Shown one piece after another: positions 15,166 to 25,341 of a stretch of 64,000 nucleotides of DNA. Made by a program: the position numbers and the translations under genes. The notes below the pieces were generated by a model. That model was given only the letters and a program-made list of their open reading frames with translations. It had not been told where the DNA came from and did not search any database. Positions within the stretch are counted from its first letter, which is position 1. Each line of letters starts with the position of its first letter. This stretch comes from a bacterium (GTDB lineage Bacteria > Patescibacteriota > Minisyncoccia > UBA6257 > 02-FULL-45-10c), in assembly GCA_030700025.1 (NCBI GenBank), contig JAUYKI010000017.1, positions 2,748 through 66,747 on the forward strand, given 5' to 3'.

Positions 15166-17028
15166 ATGTGCGGTATAGTCGGTTACATCGGAAAACAGAA
15201 AGCCGCTCCCATACTTTTGGACGGCATTAAAAGCTTGGAGTATCGCGGTTATGATTCAGCGGGAATTTCCGTGATTAATAATCAAGGAGGAGTGGCGGAG
15301 GCGCAAGTGGAAAAAGCGGTTGGCAAAGTAATTAATTTAGAAAATAAAATAAAGTCCCGGGAGCTGTTAGGCGGCCTCGGGATTATTCATACCCGCTGGG
15401 CCACTCATGGCGGAGCCACCGAGGCCAATGCTCATCCGCATAGCGATTGCGCTGGCAATATTTGGCTGGTTCACAATGGAATTATTGAGAATTATAAAGA
15501 GCTAAAAAATGAACTGATTTCCGCCGGCCATCAGTTTAAATCGGAAACTGACACGGAAGTCGTTGCTCATTTAATCGAAGAGCAAGTTAAAAGTTTAAAG
15601 TCAAAAGTTCAAAGTTATGCGTTAGAGGACGCGGTGCGGTTAGCTTTGAAAAAAGTCCGCGGAGCTTACGCGCTGGCGATTATTGATAAGCGCGAGCCGG
15701 AAAAATTAGTGGCCGTCCGGAATTCCAGCCCGCTGATTTTGGGAATCGGCAATGATGAATATCTGGTGGCTTCGGACGCTTCGGCGGTAGTAAAGCATAC
15801 CCGCAAAGTGATTTATTTTAATGACGGCGAAATGGCAATTTTAACTCCGGATAATCATCGGGTGGTTAATCTGGAAAACCAGGCAGTAGATTCTCAGCCG
15901 CAAGAATTAGATTGGACTGTGGAAAGCGCCCAGAAAGGAGGCTATCCGCATTTTATGCTGAAAGAAATTTTTGAACAGCCGGAAGCGGTAGAAAATTGTT
16001 TGCGCGGAAGATTGGTAGTTCAAGAGGGAACGGCTAAACTGGGCGGATTGGAATCCATTAAAGATAAATTGCGGGAAATAAAAAGAATTCATATTTCCGC
16101 CTGCGGTACGGCTTATTTGGCCGGAAAAGTGGGTGAATATATGCTGGAAGAATATGCCGGCATTCCGGTAGAAGTGGATTTGGCTTCCGAGCTTCGTTAT
16201 CGCAAACCCGTTTTTGATAATCATGACGCGGTGCTGGTGATTTCCCAATCCGGAGAAACGGCGGATACGCTGGCTTCGGTAAAAGAAGCCAAGGAAAAGG
16301 GAATTTTAACTTTAGGCATTGTTAATACGGTGGGATCGTCCATTGCCCGGGAAACCGAAGCCGGAATTTATCAGCATATCGGTCCGGAAATCGGCGTAGC
16401 TTCCACCAAAGCATTTACTTCGCAGGTGGCGGTGCTGGCGCTCTTAACTTTATTTTTGGGAAGGCAGCGGCAAATGTCTTTGGTAACCGGCGAGCGGATC
16501 GCGCGGGAATTGCAGAGGTTGCCGGAATTAATCCGAAAAGTTTTGCAGTCCGAAGATTTAATAAAACAAATCGCCGTCAAATATCAGACCCACAATAATT
16601 TTTTATACTTAGGCCGGAAATATAATCTGCCGATTGCTTACGAGGGAGCGTTAAAATTAAAAGAAATTTCCTATATCCACGCTGAAGGCTATGGCGCCGG
16701 AGAAATGAAGCACGGCCCGATTGCCATGATTGACCAGAATTTGCCGTCGGTAGTAATTGTTCCGTCGGACTCGGTTTATGAAAAAACTGTTTCTAATATT
16801 GAGGAAATTCGCGCCCGTCGAGGTCCGGTTATCGCCATTGCCACTGAAGGCAACGAAGATATTAAAAGTTTGGCGGACGACGTTATTTATATTCCGAAAT
16901 CTTTGGAAATGCTGACTCCGATTTTATCGGCGGTTCCGCTCCAGCTTTTTGCTTATCATGTCGGAGTTTTGCGGGGATTGGACGTAGATAAGCCCCGTAA
17001 TCTCGCTAAATCGGTTACCGTGGAATAA
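15166..17028 (+). CDS. glmS: Glutamine--fructose-6-phosphate aminotransferase (isomerising)
   Basis: N-terminal MCGIVGY with a Cys2 nucleophile; two SIS domains; C-terminal …SVTVE; 620 aa. Confidence 0.95.
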   Translation: MCGIVGYIGKQKAAPILLDGIKSLEYRGYDSAGISVINNQGGVAEAQVEKAVGKVINLENKIKSRELLGGLGIIHTRWATHGGATEANAHPHSDCAGNIWLVHNGIIENYKELKNELISAGHQFKSETDTEVVAHLIEEQVKSLKSKVQSYALEDAVRLALKKVRGAYALAIIDKREPEKLVAVRNSSPLILGIGNDEYLVASDASAVVKHTRKVIYFNDGEMAILTPDNHRVVNLENQAVDSQPQELDWTVESAQKGGYPHFMLKEIFEQPEAVENCLRGRLVVQEGTAKLGGLESIKDKLREIKRIHISACGTAYLAGKVGEYMLEEYAGIPVEVDLASELRYRKPVFDNHDAVLVISQSGETADTLASVKEAKEKGILTLGIVNTVGSSIARETEAGIYQHIGPEIGVASTKAFTSQVAVLALLTLFLGRQRQMSLVTGERIARELQRLPELIRKVLQSEDLIKQIAVKYQTHNNFLYLGRKYNLPIAYEGALKLKEISYIHAEGYGAGEMKHGPIAMIDQNLPSVVIVPSDSVYEKTVSNIEEIRARRGPVIAIATEGNEDIKSLADDVIYIPKSLEMLTPILSAVPLQLFAYHVGVLRGLDVDKPRNLAKSVTVE

Positions 17029-17047
17029 AGTCGCCGTGAATAAAAAA

Positions 17048-17075
17048 TGCCCATCCTTCCGGATGGGCTTTAATT
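17048..17075. terminator. Bidirectional rho-independent terminator between glmS (+) and the 151-aa gene (-)
   Basis: GCCCATCCttccGGATGGGC flanked by A-run and T-run. Confidence 0.75.
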
Positions 17076-17530
17076 TATTTAGTGGCAGGCTTTTTGCGTG
17101 GCGGCAGTTTTTCCAGCGGAATGACATTAGAAGTTTCGGTGTAAGCAAACCAGATAGTTGCGCTTTCTTGTTTTGATTCATCAAACACCCGGACAACTTG
17201 GAGGATCGTAAACTTGCCGGCGTCTCTAACAATTTCGTGGAAAAGCGCGCGAAGCGTTTTTCCTCCTCCGTAGTTGCCGGCGTATTCTTGGGCAAAGTTA
17301 AATTCTTTAGATTGCAGGCGGATGGCTAGAGGGTCTTTTACTCTTTCGGATGCCCGCGGCAGGGTATAAATGATATTGGAGCTGTTGCCGACAGTAGTTT
17401 CGTCTCCGCCAAATAATACGGCGCCGGTTACCATGCCGAGAAGGAAGGTGCTCCCTTGGGCAGGCTGGGCGGTGGTTAATCCGAAGATCAGCAGAGCTGA
17501 CATTGCCAGGACACTCGCGGTTTTTTTCAT
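17075..17530 (-). CDS. Secreted hypothetical protein (cleavable signal peptide)
   Basis: MKKTASVLAMSALLIFGLTTAQPAQG signal peptide; 151 aa. Confidence 0.55.
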   Translation of the reverse strand: MKKTASVLAMSALLIFGLTTAQPAQGSTFLLGMVTGAVLFGGDETTVGNSSNIIYTLPRASERVKDPLAIRLQSKEFNFAQEYAGNYGGGKTLRALFHEIVRDAGKFTILQVVRVFDESKQESATIWFAYTETSNVIPLEKLPPRKKPATK

Positions 17531-17630
17531 GTTTTTCCCCGTGCTGAGCTTGTCGAAGCGCTCGATTCACTTTTCAATCTGCGTTAGCAATACTATTATG
17601 ACAGCCGTTAAGTGTCAATTGTTAAAAGTT

Positions 17631-18701
17631 TTAGATGCCGAGATAATCCAAGAATTTTCCAAGTTGGGCGTTTTTGGGGCTATGGCTGGTTTTTTCGTTT
17701 GGCGGATTAATAACCATAGATCCGCGAATCAGCTGGGTGTCCAGAAAAGCATCTTTCAGTTTTTTAAAAACTCCGGTTAATTTTTTGGTTTGGGATGTAA
17801 GGAAAAAACTGCTATTAGCAGAACTCCACAAAGCATAAGTATCAAAGCCTAGCGCTTTGGCGGCGGTAAATCCTAGAGGAATTTGATTGCGTTGTTTGAG
17901 CCGTCCGGTTTTTGGATCTTGCGTAGTTTCCACGATGTTTAATAATACTTTTCCCAATTCGGCGCTTTCCGGCTTGGCTCCGCCTTCTGCCATGCGTTTT
18001 TTGGCGGCTTCAATTCCGTTTAAAGATATTTGGACCAATCCTTTATTTTGAAGGCAGATATCCCATAAATTAACCTTTTTACCGCCGGATTCTTTTACCG
18101 TGATTTGTTTGGCCTCTTCTTCGGCAAATGGCTGGCGCGGATCCCGGCCCTCCTGGAAGAATTTGGCAATTAAGCTTAGTGGCAGGGCTTTATAGATTCC
18201 ATAAGGAGTCCGCCACCAGTCATTTTTTAAAAACTCTTCGTCAATCGGATAATCTAAATTATCTATTTGGGTTACAAACTCGGAAAAATTATCCAGCCAC
18301 TTTTCCTTTTTCAGCATTCCGGCTTTAGTCAGGGATTCATAAACAATTGCGGTGGCGGAAGTGGGCTTGCCTTGTTCCGGACCGTGATGGTCAAAGAAAA
18401 TACTGCCGTCTTCTTCCATGGTTAATTCCGGCTTGCCCCCGGTATCAATATGCACCGCGCCGGCCAGGTCTTTTCCTTTTGGCACGAAAGTTACCATTTT
18501 ATAATTAATGCCCGCTAAATCCATTAAAAAGACTCCGCCCATCGCGTCTAAGTCGGGCCGGAGCTTTAATTGGCTTTTTCCGCCTTCGTGGCGGAAATCA
18601 CCGTGGATAACCAGCTGGTCAAAGCCGGCCTTCAGGGTTTCCGCTACCCGTTCTAATGTTTTTTGCTCTGATTTTTCCGGATTGGCTTTAAATTGTTCCA
18701 T
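17631..18701 (-). CDS. Hypothetical protein; weak resemblance to DHH-family phosphoesterases
   Basis: 356 aa with HID…FFDHHGP segment (DHH motif-III like); other DHH motifs are not clear. Confidence 0.5.
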   Translation of the reverse strand: MEQFKANPEKSEQKTLERVAETLKAGFDQLVIHGDFRHEGGKSQLKLRPDLDAMGGVFLMDLAGINYKMVTFVPKGKDLAGAVHIDTGGKPELTMEEDGSIFFDHHGPEQGKPTSATAIVYESLTKAGMLKKEKWLDNFSEFVTQIDNLDYPIDEEFLKNDWWRTPYGIYKALPLSLIAKFFQEGRDPRQPFAEEEAKQITVKESGGKKVNLWDICLQNKGLVQISLNGIEAAKKRMAEGGAKPESAELGKVLLNIVETTQDPKTGRLKQRNQIPLGFTAAKALGFDTYALWSSANSSFFLTSQTKKLTGVFKKLKDAFLDTQLIRGSMVINPPNEKTSHSPKNAQLGKFLDYLGI

Positions 18702-19148
18702 CCCTCACCTTTAAAGAACTGCGACGCTATCGCAATTCTTGATTTTAATTAAATGACTTTTTATTGTTGAAAACATAGTTTTGAGTATTAACTTGGCTTC
18801 GGACGCATTATTGGTTCTTTAAGGGTGAGGGATTACTTTCTTTACGATAGCTTAAAACGGCTAACTTGGAAATGGGGGAATACATGGGGTACTTGACAAA
18901 ATAAGCCCTATATATTATCATATAAACTATGGAAATAAATTCCAATCGACAATTTAATATACAAGTTAAACCTCTTGGCACCCACTATGGGATGGTTTCG
19001 GTTTTTAGCCAAGGCGGTTTTTATATTAATTGGAGAATAGAGTAATTTAAACTTCAAAAGATATTGATCTTATTTAAAGAACGCCTCGGCTAGATAAACC
19101 GAGGCGTTTTGGTTTATCTAGAAAGCACCTTGAAAAGGAGAAAAGAAA

Positions 19149-19637
19149 ATGGACATCCGGGCAGTGATTCGCGGTGTCGGGCCGGACAAGAAGTTTCTGC
19201 TGGTTAGCTATAATTTGGTTTGGGGATTTAAGAGCGGAATACAGAACGGCGGACGGCTGATTATTTGCGCTGGCGATTCTAGAAGCGCCAGCTTAATGAG
19301 CGGAGAAGATAGGTTTGAAGCAGTAAGGCCCCGTTCCGAGTATGATGAGTTGGGATCTAGATTCGTTACCCCTTCGGGCCAGGAAGTTAGAAAGAGCGAC
19401 CTTGGGTTAGTAGTAGTTTACGCGGGATTCGATTTTAAGCTTGCCATAGATTGGGCAAGAATTTTAAAGAAGAATCGATCGATTATTGTCTGGGTCGTAG
19501 CTTGTGATTGTGACTGGGGAAGAAAGAAGAGGATGATAGAAGGAACCGATATTGAGTTAATAGAGGCACGGTGTGGCGGAGACTTTGAGATGGGAAATAT
19601 CGCGCGGGAGATATTGACTGCCACTAATCCAAATTAA
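19149..19637 (+). CDS. Hypothetical protein
   Basis: 162-aa ORF followed by a clean terminator. Confidence 0.5.
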   Translation: MDIRAVIRGVGPDKKFLLVSYNLVWGFKSGIQNGGRLIICAGDSRSASLMSGEDRFEAVRPRSEYDELGSRFVTPSGQEVRKSDLGLVVVYAGFDFKLAIDWARILKKNRSIIVWVVACDCDWGRKKRMIEGTDIELIEARCGGDFEMGNIAREILTATNPN

Positions 19638-19643
19638 GTTTGA

Positions 19644-19669
19644 AGCCGGGCATAATACCCGGCTTTTTT
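19644..19669 (+). terminator. Rho-independent terminator
   Basis: AGCCGGGcataataCCCGGCT followed by TTTTTTATT. Confidence 0.75.
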
Positions 19670-19670
19670 A

Positions 19671-19706
19671 TTGACAGATTGATCGGGCCCATATATATTA
19701 ATTTGG
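19671..19706 (+). promoter_or_regulatory. Sigma-70-like promoter
   Basis: TTGACA, then a 17-nt spacer, then TATATT/TATTAA. Confidence 0.45.
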
Positions 19707-19734
19707 CTACAAGAGCTTTGCGGGAGGTGGCGCA

Positions 19735-19974
19735 ATGGCAGTGGTTCACAAGAGAAATAAAGTTGCGGAAGCTCAGGAATTTTTGAATAGCGACGTTGCG
19801 AAGAGCCATGGACTTCGAATTATGAAATGGGATGGCAAAAAAGTTCTGGCATGGGATAGCCGAAGGCAAAAATGGACCATTGACGATTGCTTTCGGGGCG
19901 GACCACTATGGGAGGGCTTTGTACGGCTGGCATTCTATTTTCAACGAAAGAAGCCGTTTCAAGTTTCCATTTAA
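19735..19974 (+). CDS. 79-aa hypothetical protein with a strong RBS, followed by a terminator
   Basis: GCGGGAGGTGG sits 5 nt before the ATG. A terminator hairpin follows at 19986-20005. Confidence 0.45.
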   Translation: MAVVHKRNKVAEAQEFLNSDVAKSHGLRIMKWDGKKVLAWDSRRQKWTIDDCFRGGPLWEGFVRLAFYFQRKKPFQVSI

Positions 19975-19985
19975 GATGGTATATC

Positions 19986-20017
19986 GCCCGCGGAATTCCG
20001 CGGGCATTTTTATTTTT
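19986..20017 (+). terminator. Rho-independent terminator
   Basis: GCCCGCGGAATTCCGCGGGC followed by ATTTTTATTTTT. Confidence 0.7.
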
Positions 20018-20019
20018 AA

Positions 20020-20068
20020 TTGGCTTGTATCGCGTTATGGGATTACTATTAGAATAGGTTCTATTATG
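20020..20068. repeat. Partial family-A element, 3' portion of ~50 nt, abutting the ATG of the downstream secreted-protein gene
   Basis: TTGGCTTGTATCGCGTTATGGGATTACTATTAGAATAGGTTCTATTATGG. Compare the copy-3 end TTGGCTAATATCGCGTTATGGGATTATTATTGGGATAGGTTCTATG. Confidence 0.55.
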
Positions 20069-20905
20069 GAAAAGTTTATCGGATTAATTTTATTGGCTTT
20101 TGCCGTTGCCGCGGGAATCTTTATATTTTCCCGCGAGGGCGGTTTGTCCAAGTTGGCGGCTCCTTACACTGTTAAGTTGGAGCCGTATTCTTACCGGCAA
20201 AGATATTCGGATGCCGGAGCGGATCAGCCCTCTGGATCGGACTATAGCTCTTACGGCCAATCGGAAATTGAAAACAGAAAGTTGTTAACCATTTCTTCGT
20301 TCCGGCCAGCCAATAGTTATGTTTCTTATTCGGAGATAGTTTTAGATTCCAATTTGAACAGCGGCGAGACCGCGGACATTACCGGCTGGATCATTAAGGG
20401 TGAACACGGATCATTCACTATTCCGCGGGCGCAGGAAGTTTTTTCTTCCGGCGGAGTTGAGGGCAATATCGTGGCGCGTTCCCGGGACGCGATTTATCTT
20501 TATTCCGGCTTTGGACCGAAGGGCAATTTCCGTTTGAATAAATGCCTTGGTTACATAGAAGACGTTGCTCCGTTTACGCCGCCTCTGCCTAAAGATTGCC
20601 CGCAAATTTCCTGGTCGGAGATGCAGAGGTTCGGGGGTTATTGCCGGGATTATATTTCTTCGCTGGATACTTGCCAGACACCGAATGCTAATCCGCCGGT
20701 GCCCTTGGAAGATACGGCTTGCCACGCTTTTTTGCGGGATTTGAACTATGTCGGCTGTGTTGCGAATCATCGGAACGATCAGGATTTTCGTTCCAACGAA
20801 TGGAGGGTTTGGATGGGGGATCAGATGAATATCTTTGACCCAATTCACGATCGAATCCAGCTTTGGGATAAAAGCGGAAAATTGGTAGACGAATACATTT
20901 ATTAG
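20066..20905 (+). CDS. Secreted/membrane-anchored Cys-rich hypothetical protein
   Basis: Start at MEKFIGLILLAFAVAAGIFIF (signal anchor). The upstream part of the track ORF (from 19832) is interrupted by a terminator, so it is rejected. The C-terminal half has 8 Cys. Confidence 0.55.
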   Translation: MEKFIGLILLAFAVAAGIFIFSREGGLSKLAAPYTVKLEPYSYRQRYSDAGADQPSGSDYSSYGQSEIENRKLLTISSFRPANSYVSYSEIVLDSNLNSGETADITGWIIKGEHGSFTIPRAQEVFSSGGVEGNIVARSRDAIYLYSGFGPKGNFRLNKCLGYIEDVAPFTPPLPKDCPQISWSEMQRFGGYCRDYISSLDTCQTPNANPPVPLEDTACHAFLRDLNYVGCVANHRNDQDFRSNEWRVWMGDQMNIFDPIHDRIQLWDKSGKLVDEYIY

Positions 20906-20947
20906 GCTACGAAATACGAAACAATACGAAATTACGAAAAAGAGGGA

Positions 20948-21985
20948 TTATTTTCTTTCCGCTAGGATAATCTTAAGCTCTAATTCTTTATTGCCGCGCA
21001 GAACCTTCATTTTTAAAATATCTCCGGCCCCAAGCTCTTCCAGGAAATCCTGAATGGTTTTTTGCATAGTAATTTTTTCGCCGTTGCATTCCAAAACAAT
21101 ATCTTTTTCTTGCAGGCCGGCTATTTCCGCCGGAGTGCCGGGCACGATTCCCGCGTGATGCGGGCCCTTACCAATAACTAAAGCGCCGTAATTTATCGGC
21201 AATTTCATTTTTTCTTGAAGAGTTTCGTCAATGGTGATGTAGCGGACTCCTAGAAGCGGACGGCGGACGTGGCCGAACTTAGCCACATCTTCCAAATCCC
21301 GCCTGGCATAATTGATTGGTATGGCAAAGCCGATATTCTGGGCGCCGAAGACAATGGCGGCATTAATGCCAATGGCCTCTCCGTTTATATTTACCAATGG
21401 GCCCCCGGAGTTGCCCGGATTGATAGCGGCGTCGGTTTGAATGAGCCCGCGCATTTCTTGAATTGGCGATTCTTGATCCGCCTTGGCGGCTATGGATCGG
21501 GATAATCCGGAGATGATTCCCGAAGAAACCGTATTTTGGAAGATTCCCAAGGCATTGCCAATTGCCAGAACAGTTTGTCCCAATTCCACCGTGGCGGATT
21601 CGCCCAGCGGAATAGTCGGCAAGTTTTTTGCGTCAATTTTGAGAATGGCTACGTCGTCTACCGGATCGCGCCCTAGAATAACCGCGGGGTATTTTTTATT
21701 ATCAAATGTAACAATGGTATATTCGGCGTTCGGGTCGGCGATTACGTGCTTGTTAGTTAAAATTATTCCATTTGGATCAACGATAAACCCCGATCCGCCG
21801 CCAATTTGCACCCGTCCATGGGCGTCAATTTTTTCTTCGGGGATTCTCATTTCCGGAACGCCGAACGGAAAAAAAGGAAACATTTCCAAGGGCAGTTCTT
21901 TTTCCAGCTCTTCCAGGCTTTTGGAAATAATAACAGAGACTACAGCCGGCATTGTTTTCTTAATTATTTTAGGAAATTCTTCCAT
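20948..21985 (-). CDS. htrA: HtrA/DegP-family serine endoprotease with a C-terminal PDZ domain
   Basis: Catalytic-Ser motif GNSGGPL; trypsin-like fold order H…D…S; PDZ segment; 345 aa. Confidence 0.9.
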   Translation of the reverse strand: MEEFPKIIKKTMPAVVSVIISKSLEELEKELPLEMFPFFPFGVPEMRIPEEKIDAHGRVQIGGGSGFIVDPNGIILTNKHVIADPNAEYTIVTFDNKKYPAVILGRDPVDDVAILKIDAKNLPTIPLGESATVELGQTVLAIGNALGIFQNTVSSGIISGLSRSIAAKADQESPIQEMRGLIQTDAAINPGNSGGPLVNINGEAIGINAAIVFGAQNIGFAIPINYARRDLEDVAKFGHVRRPLLGVRYITIDETLQEKMKLPINYGALVIGKGPHHAGIVPGTPAEIAGLQEKDIVLECNGEKITMQKTIQDFLEELGAGDILKMKVLRGNKELELKIILAERK

Positions 21986-22088
21986 AAGAGTATTCGCTAA
22001 TAATGCGAATTACGGCAAATAACACGAATAACAAAATATTTTTTTATCTTATATTCGCATTATTTAATGCTATTCGCGATTACTCATA

Positions 22089-24686
22089 TTATAGCTTTTT
22101 AATTACCAACTTACCAACTTCAATTGCTAGAATGTTTACAAAACCGACTGCGAATACTCCCCAAAGCCAAACTGGCGGCAGGGCGATGGTATTTAAGATA
22201 TTTTGAAGCGGCAGCCAATAGATGGAGAAGGCCATCAACGTCAGTCCGAGAACTACGCCAGCTACCACATAGAGGTTAGAGAATGGATTAAAGGTGAAAA
22301 TACTTCTTTGAAGATTGCGGATGGCAAATATCAGGAATAGCGAATAAGTTCCGAATGACGCGAAAATAAAAGTCCTGACCAATAGCGGATCAAATCCCGC
22401 TTTAAGCAATCCGTAATAAAGTCCGAAAAGTAAAAAGCTGGTTGGAAGGCTGATGGCAAAGATTAAGAACTTCATTTCTCTGTCTAGCAGGCCCTTGGTT
22501 AGTTTTCGCGGCTGGGTAAACAGATATTCAAAGCGATCTTCAAAGGCCAGGGTAATAGCCGGCAAGCTATCGGTGATTAAATTAACCCATAAAATTTGAA
22601 CGGCGCTTAGGGGCAGGGTTAGGCCAAACAGCAATGACCCGCCGATTAGAATCAATTCATCTCCTACGGAAGAGAAGAAATAGACAATGACTTTGCGGAT
22701 GTTTTCCATAATACGGCGGCCCTCGGCAATGGCGGTTACGATAGTTTCGTAGTTGTCATTTAAGAGCACCAGCTCGGAAACATCTTTAGCGACATCAGCG
22801 CCGGATCCCATGGCGATGCCAATGTCCGCTTGTTTTAAGCTGGGCGCGTCATTAACTCCGTCGCCGGTCATAGCGACAATCGCGCCCATTTCCTGGTATC
22901 CTTTAACAATTTTTACTTTTCCTTCCGGGCTGACGCGGGAAACAAAACTTAAATTCGGCAGGCGGAGCTTCAATTCTTCCATGGAAAGATTTTCTAATTC
23001 GGCGCCATCCAAGCCATTTTCCTTTTTAATTGGAAAACCCAGTTCTTTGGCAATAGTTTCGGCGGTGCCTCGATGATCGCCGGTGACAATAACGGTTTTA
23101 ATTCCGACTTGCTGGGTGCGGTGAATGGCGTCGTGAACGCCCGGCCGCAAGGGATCGCGAAACGAAATAGTGCCGAGAAATTTCAGATTTTCTATTTTCG
23201 CATTGGCGGTTAAGGAAAAATTTTTGCCGGTTACATCTTTAGTGGCCACGCCCAGCACCCTTTCACCGCTGTGCGCCATATGGTTGATATTTTGCGTTAT
23301 TTTTTTGCCTTCTTCTTCGGAAGTCTGGCCGGACAATTTTAATAATATTTCCGGCGCGCCAAAAACCGTTAGCCATTCTTTTCCCTCGGATTCAATTATG
23401 GCCGCGGAATATTTATTTAAAGAGTTAAACGGCAGATAGCCGAGAGTTTTTACCTCTTTTTTTATTTTATGCGCTAAAACTCCGAATGCCGCGCCAGCCC
23501 GCACGACCGCGGTTTCCAGCGGACGCCCGACAATCCGCCACTTTTCGTAAGGATCCTTGGGATTCTCAATTACCACATCCGAATTAATAATGGCAATTTG
23601 AAGCAAGAACTTTTGAGTAGATTCTGAATTGTCCATTGTGGTGATATTGGCTAGCGACATCTTAGCTTCGGTCAGAGTTCCGGTTTTGTCGGTCAAGATT
23701 ATCGAAGTGCTGCCTAAGGTTTCCGCCGCGAGCAATTTTTTTACCACGGCTTTTTTTCGCGCTAATCTTTGGACGCCGACAGCTAGAATAACCGTTAAAG
23801 CCACAGGCAATCCTTCGGGAACGGCTGAAACCGCGATGGCGACGGAAGTCAGGAACATTTCAAATGGCGAGCGTCCGCTAAAAAGTCCTATGGCAAAAAC
23901 AACGGCAGTAAGGCTGATTAAAATAATGGATGCCTTGACGCTGAAGCGATTGATGGCAGTTTGAAGCGGAGTGTCTTCTTGCCGGTGATGATTCCGGACC
24001 AAAGAGGCGATTCTTCCTAGTTCGGAATTAAGCCCGGTATTACAGACTACGGCATTAGCAAATCCCTGGACAATCAATGTTCCGCTGAAAACCATATTTT
24101 TTTGGTCGCCGATAACCGCCTGGAAATTAACCGGCTGGATTGATTTTCGGACCGGCAGAGATTCGCCGGTAAGAATTGACTCGTCCACCGTTAAATCATT
24201 GATGTAAAGCAATCGGCCGTCGGCCGGAATCCGGTCGCCTTGCGTAAGATGGATGATATCCCCGGGAACTAATTCCGTGGAGTCAATTTCATATTCGCGG
24301 TTTTCCCGGATGGTCCTCACCCTTTCTTCAATATAGCTTTTCAAGTGGGCAAGCGCGTTGCCGGCTTTATTTTCCTGATAGAACCCCAAAAAAGTATTAA
24401 AAAAAGCCGCCGCTAAAATAATTAGGGCGTCATTATAATCTTTTACTAAAACGCTAACCAAGCCGGCAATGACCAGCAGAAAAATCAGCGGGCTTTGGAG
24501 CTGTTCCAAAAAAATTTTGAATTTTGTGGCGCGGCTTTTTTCCGGGATGGCATTGGCGCCAAATATATTGAGCCGTTCCTTGGCTTCGTTTTCGGTTAAC
24601 CCTTCCTGGTTAGTTTCCAGGCAGTCCAGAACCTCCGGAATGGGCAGGGCCCAAAAAGATTTTTTTATAATATTTTCAGATATCAC
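22089..24686 (-). CDS. P-type cation-transporting ATPase (type IIA/Ca2+-like)
   Basis: DKTGTLT phosphorylation motif, TGDGVNDAPSL hinge motif, TGES; 10 TM layout; 865 aa. Confidence 0.9.
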   Translation of the reverse strand: MISENIIKKSFWALPIPEVLDCLETNQEGLTENEAKERLNIFGANAIPEKSRATKFKIFLEQLQSPLIFLLVIAGLVSVLVKDYNDALIILAAAFFNTFLGFYQENKAGNALAHLKSYIEERVRTIRENREYEIDSTELVPGDIIHLTQGDRIPADGRLLYINDLTVDESILTGESLPVRKSIQPVNFQAVIGDQKNMVFSGTLIVQGFANAVVCNTGLNSELGRIASLVRNHHRQEDTPLQTAINRFSVKASIILISLTAVVFAIGLFSGRSPFEMFLTSVAIAVSAVPEGLPVALTVILAVGVQRLARKKAVVKKLLAAETLGSTSIILTDKTGTLTEAKMSLANITTMDNSESTQKFLLQIAIINSDVVIENPKDPYEKWRIVGRPLETAVVRAGAAFGVLAHKIKKEVKTLGYLPFNSLNKYSAAIIESEGKEWLTVFGAPEILLKLSGQTSEEEGKKITQNINHMAHSGERVLGVATKDVTGKNFSLTANAKIENLKFLGTISFRDPLRPGVHDAIHRTQQVGIKTVIVTGDHRGTAETIAKELGFPIKKENGLDGAELENLSMEELKLRLPNLSFVSRVSPEGKVKIVKGYQEMGAIVAMTGDGVNDAPSLKQADIGIAMGSGADVAKDVSELVLLNDNYETIVTAIAEGRRIMENIRKVIVYFFSSVGDELILIGGSLLFGLTLPLSAVQILWVNLITDSLPAITLAFEDRFEYLFTQPRKLTKGLLDREMKFLIFAISLPTSFLLFGLYYGLLKAGFDPLLVRTFIFASFGTYSLFLIFAIRNLQRSIFTFNPFSNLYVVAGVVLGLTLMAFSIYWLPLQNILNTIALPPVWLWGVFAVGFVNILAIEVGKLVIKKL

Positions 24687-24726
24687 TTCCTCTAATTATA
24701 ACAGATGGGGCGGGGATTGCGTTTTA

Positions 24727-24752
24727 AAACCCCCGCGTTTGCGGGGGTTAAA
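24727..24752 (-). terminator. Terminator hairpin downstream of tRNA-Ser(TGA), minus strand
   Basis: AACCCCCGCaaaCGCGGGGGTT followed by a T-run on the minus strand. Confidence 0.55.
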
Positions 24753-24822
24753 TCGTAGCTCCGATGCTTCGATCGGGGCATAAGAAAATTTAAAGCTCAT
24801 TTTTCGCTAAGATTTTCTAATG

Positions 24823-24909
24823 CGGAAGCGGAAGGATTCGAACCTTCGAAGCCATTTCTGGCTTACCGCATTTCAAGTGCGGCCCATTCAACCGCTCTGG
24901 CACGCTTCC
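24823..24909 (-). tRNA. tRNA-Ser (anticodon TGA), long variable arm
   Basis: Cloverleaf with acceptor stem GGAAGCG/CGCTTCC, anticodon loop CTTGAAA, and T-loop GGTTCGAATCC. CCA is not encoded. Confidence 0.85.
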
Positions 24910-24925
24910 ATCGAGGGTAACTAAT

Positions 24926-25282
24926 TTATAATAACCATAAAAGGAAACTAGCGACACTAATCGGAAAAATAATCAGCTGGATAGTTTTAACCTTTTCCAT
25001 ATCCAGGTTCATTCCTATCCGGTTGAAGAAATCAGCCACGAAGCTGTCCAGCGCCGGTTTGGGGGGATTCATTTTTTCCCGCAATTGATTTTGAATGATA
25101 GTCACTGCGCAACGCGGCCAGGTTATGGCTTGAGTTATTGAAACAACCAGGAAGAAAGCAATATTAAATACTTTAAGCGCAGGATGCCATAAGGCAATGG
25201 AGTTCGTAACCGGAAGAAAAATAACCCACATTACGATAAGGGCGTGCAGCCAGTACAGGATGGCTTCCAGGAGTACGATCAT
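24926..25282 (-). CDS. Small polytopic membrane protein, unknown function
   Basis: 118 aa with 3-4 hydrophobic helices. Confidence 0.45.
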   Translation of the reverse strand: MIVLLEAILYWLHALIVMWVIFLPVTNSIALWHPALKVFNIAFFLVVSITQAITWPRCAVTIIQNQLREKMNPPKPALDSFVADFFNRIGMNLDMEKVKTIQLIIFPISVASFLLWLL

Positions 25283-25341
25283 GATTGCGCCTCCTTCTTT
25301 ATATTAGATTTTAAACAGCTATCGAATTTTTATCAGGAAAA

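Noticed and set aside
19832-20065. N-terminal 78-codon extension of the secreted Cys-rich protein (track ORF start at 19832)
   Set aside because: A rho-independent terminator (19986-20017) and a family-A element fragment lie inside it. The hydrophobic signal anchor begins at the ATG at 20066.
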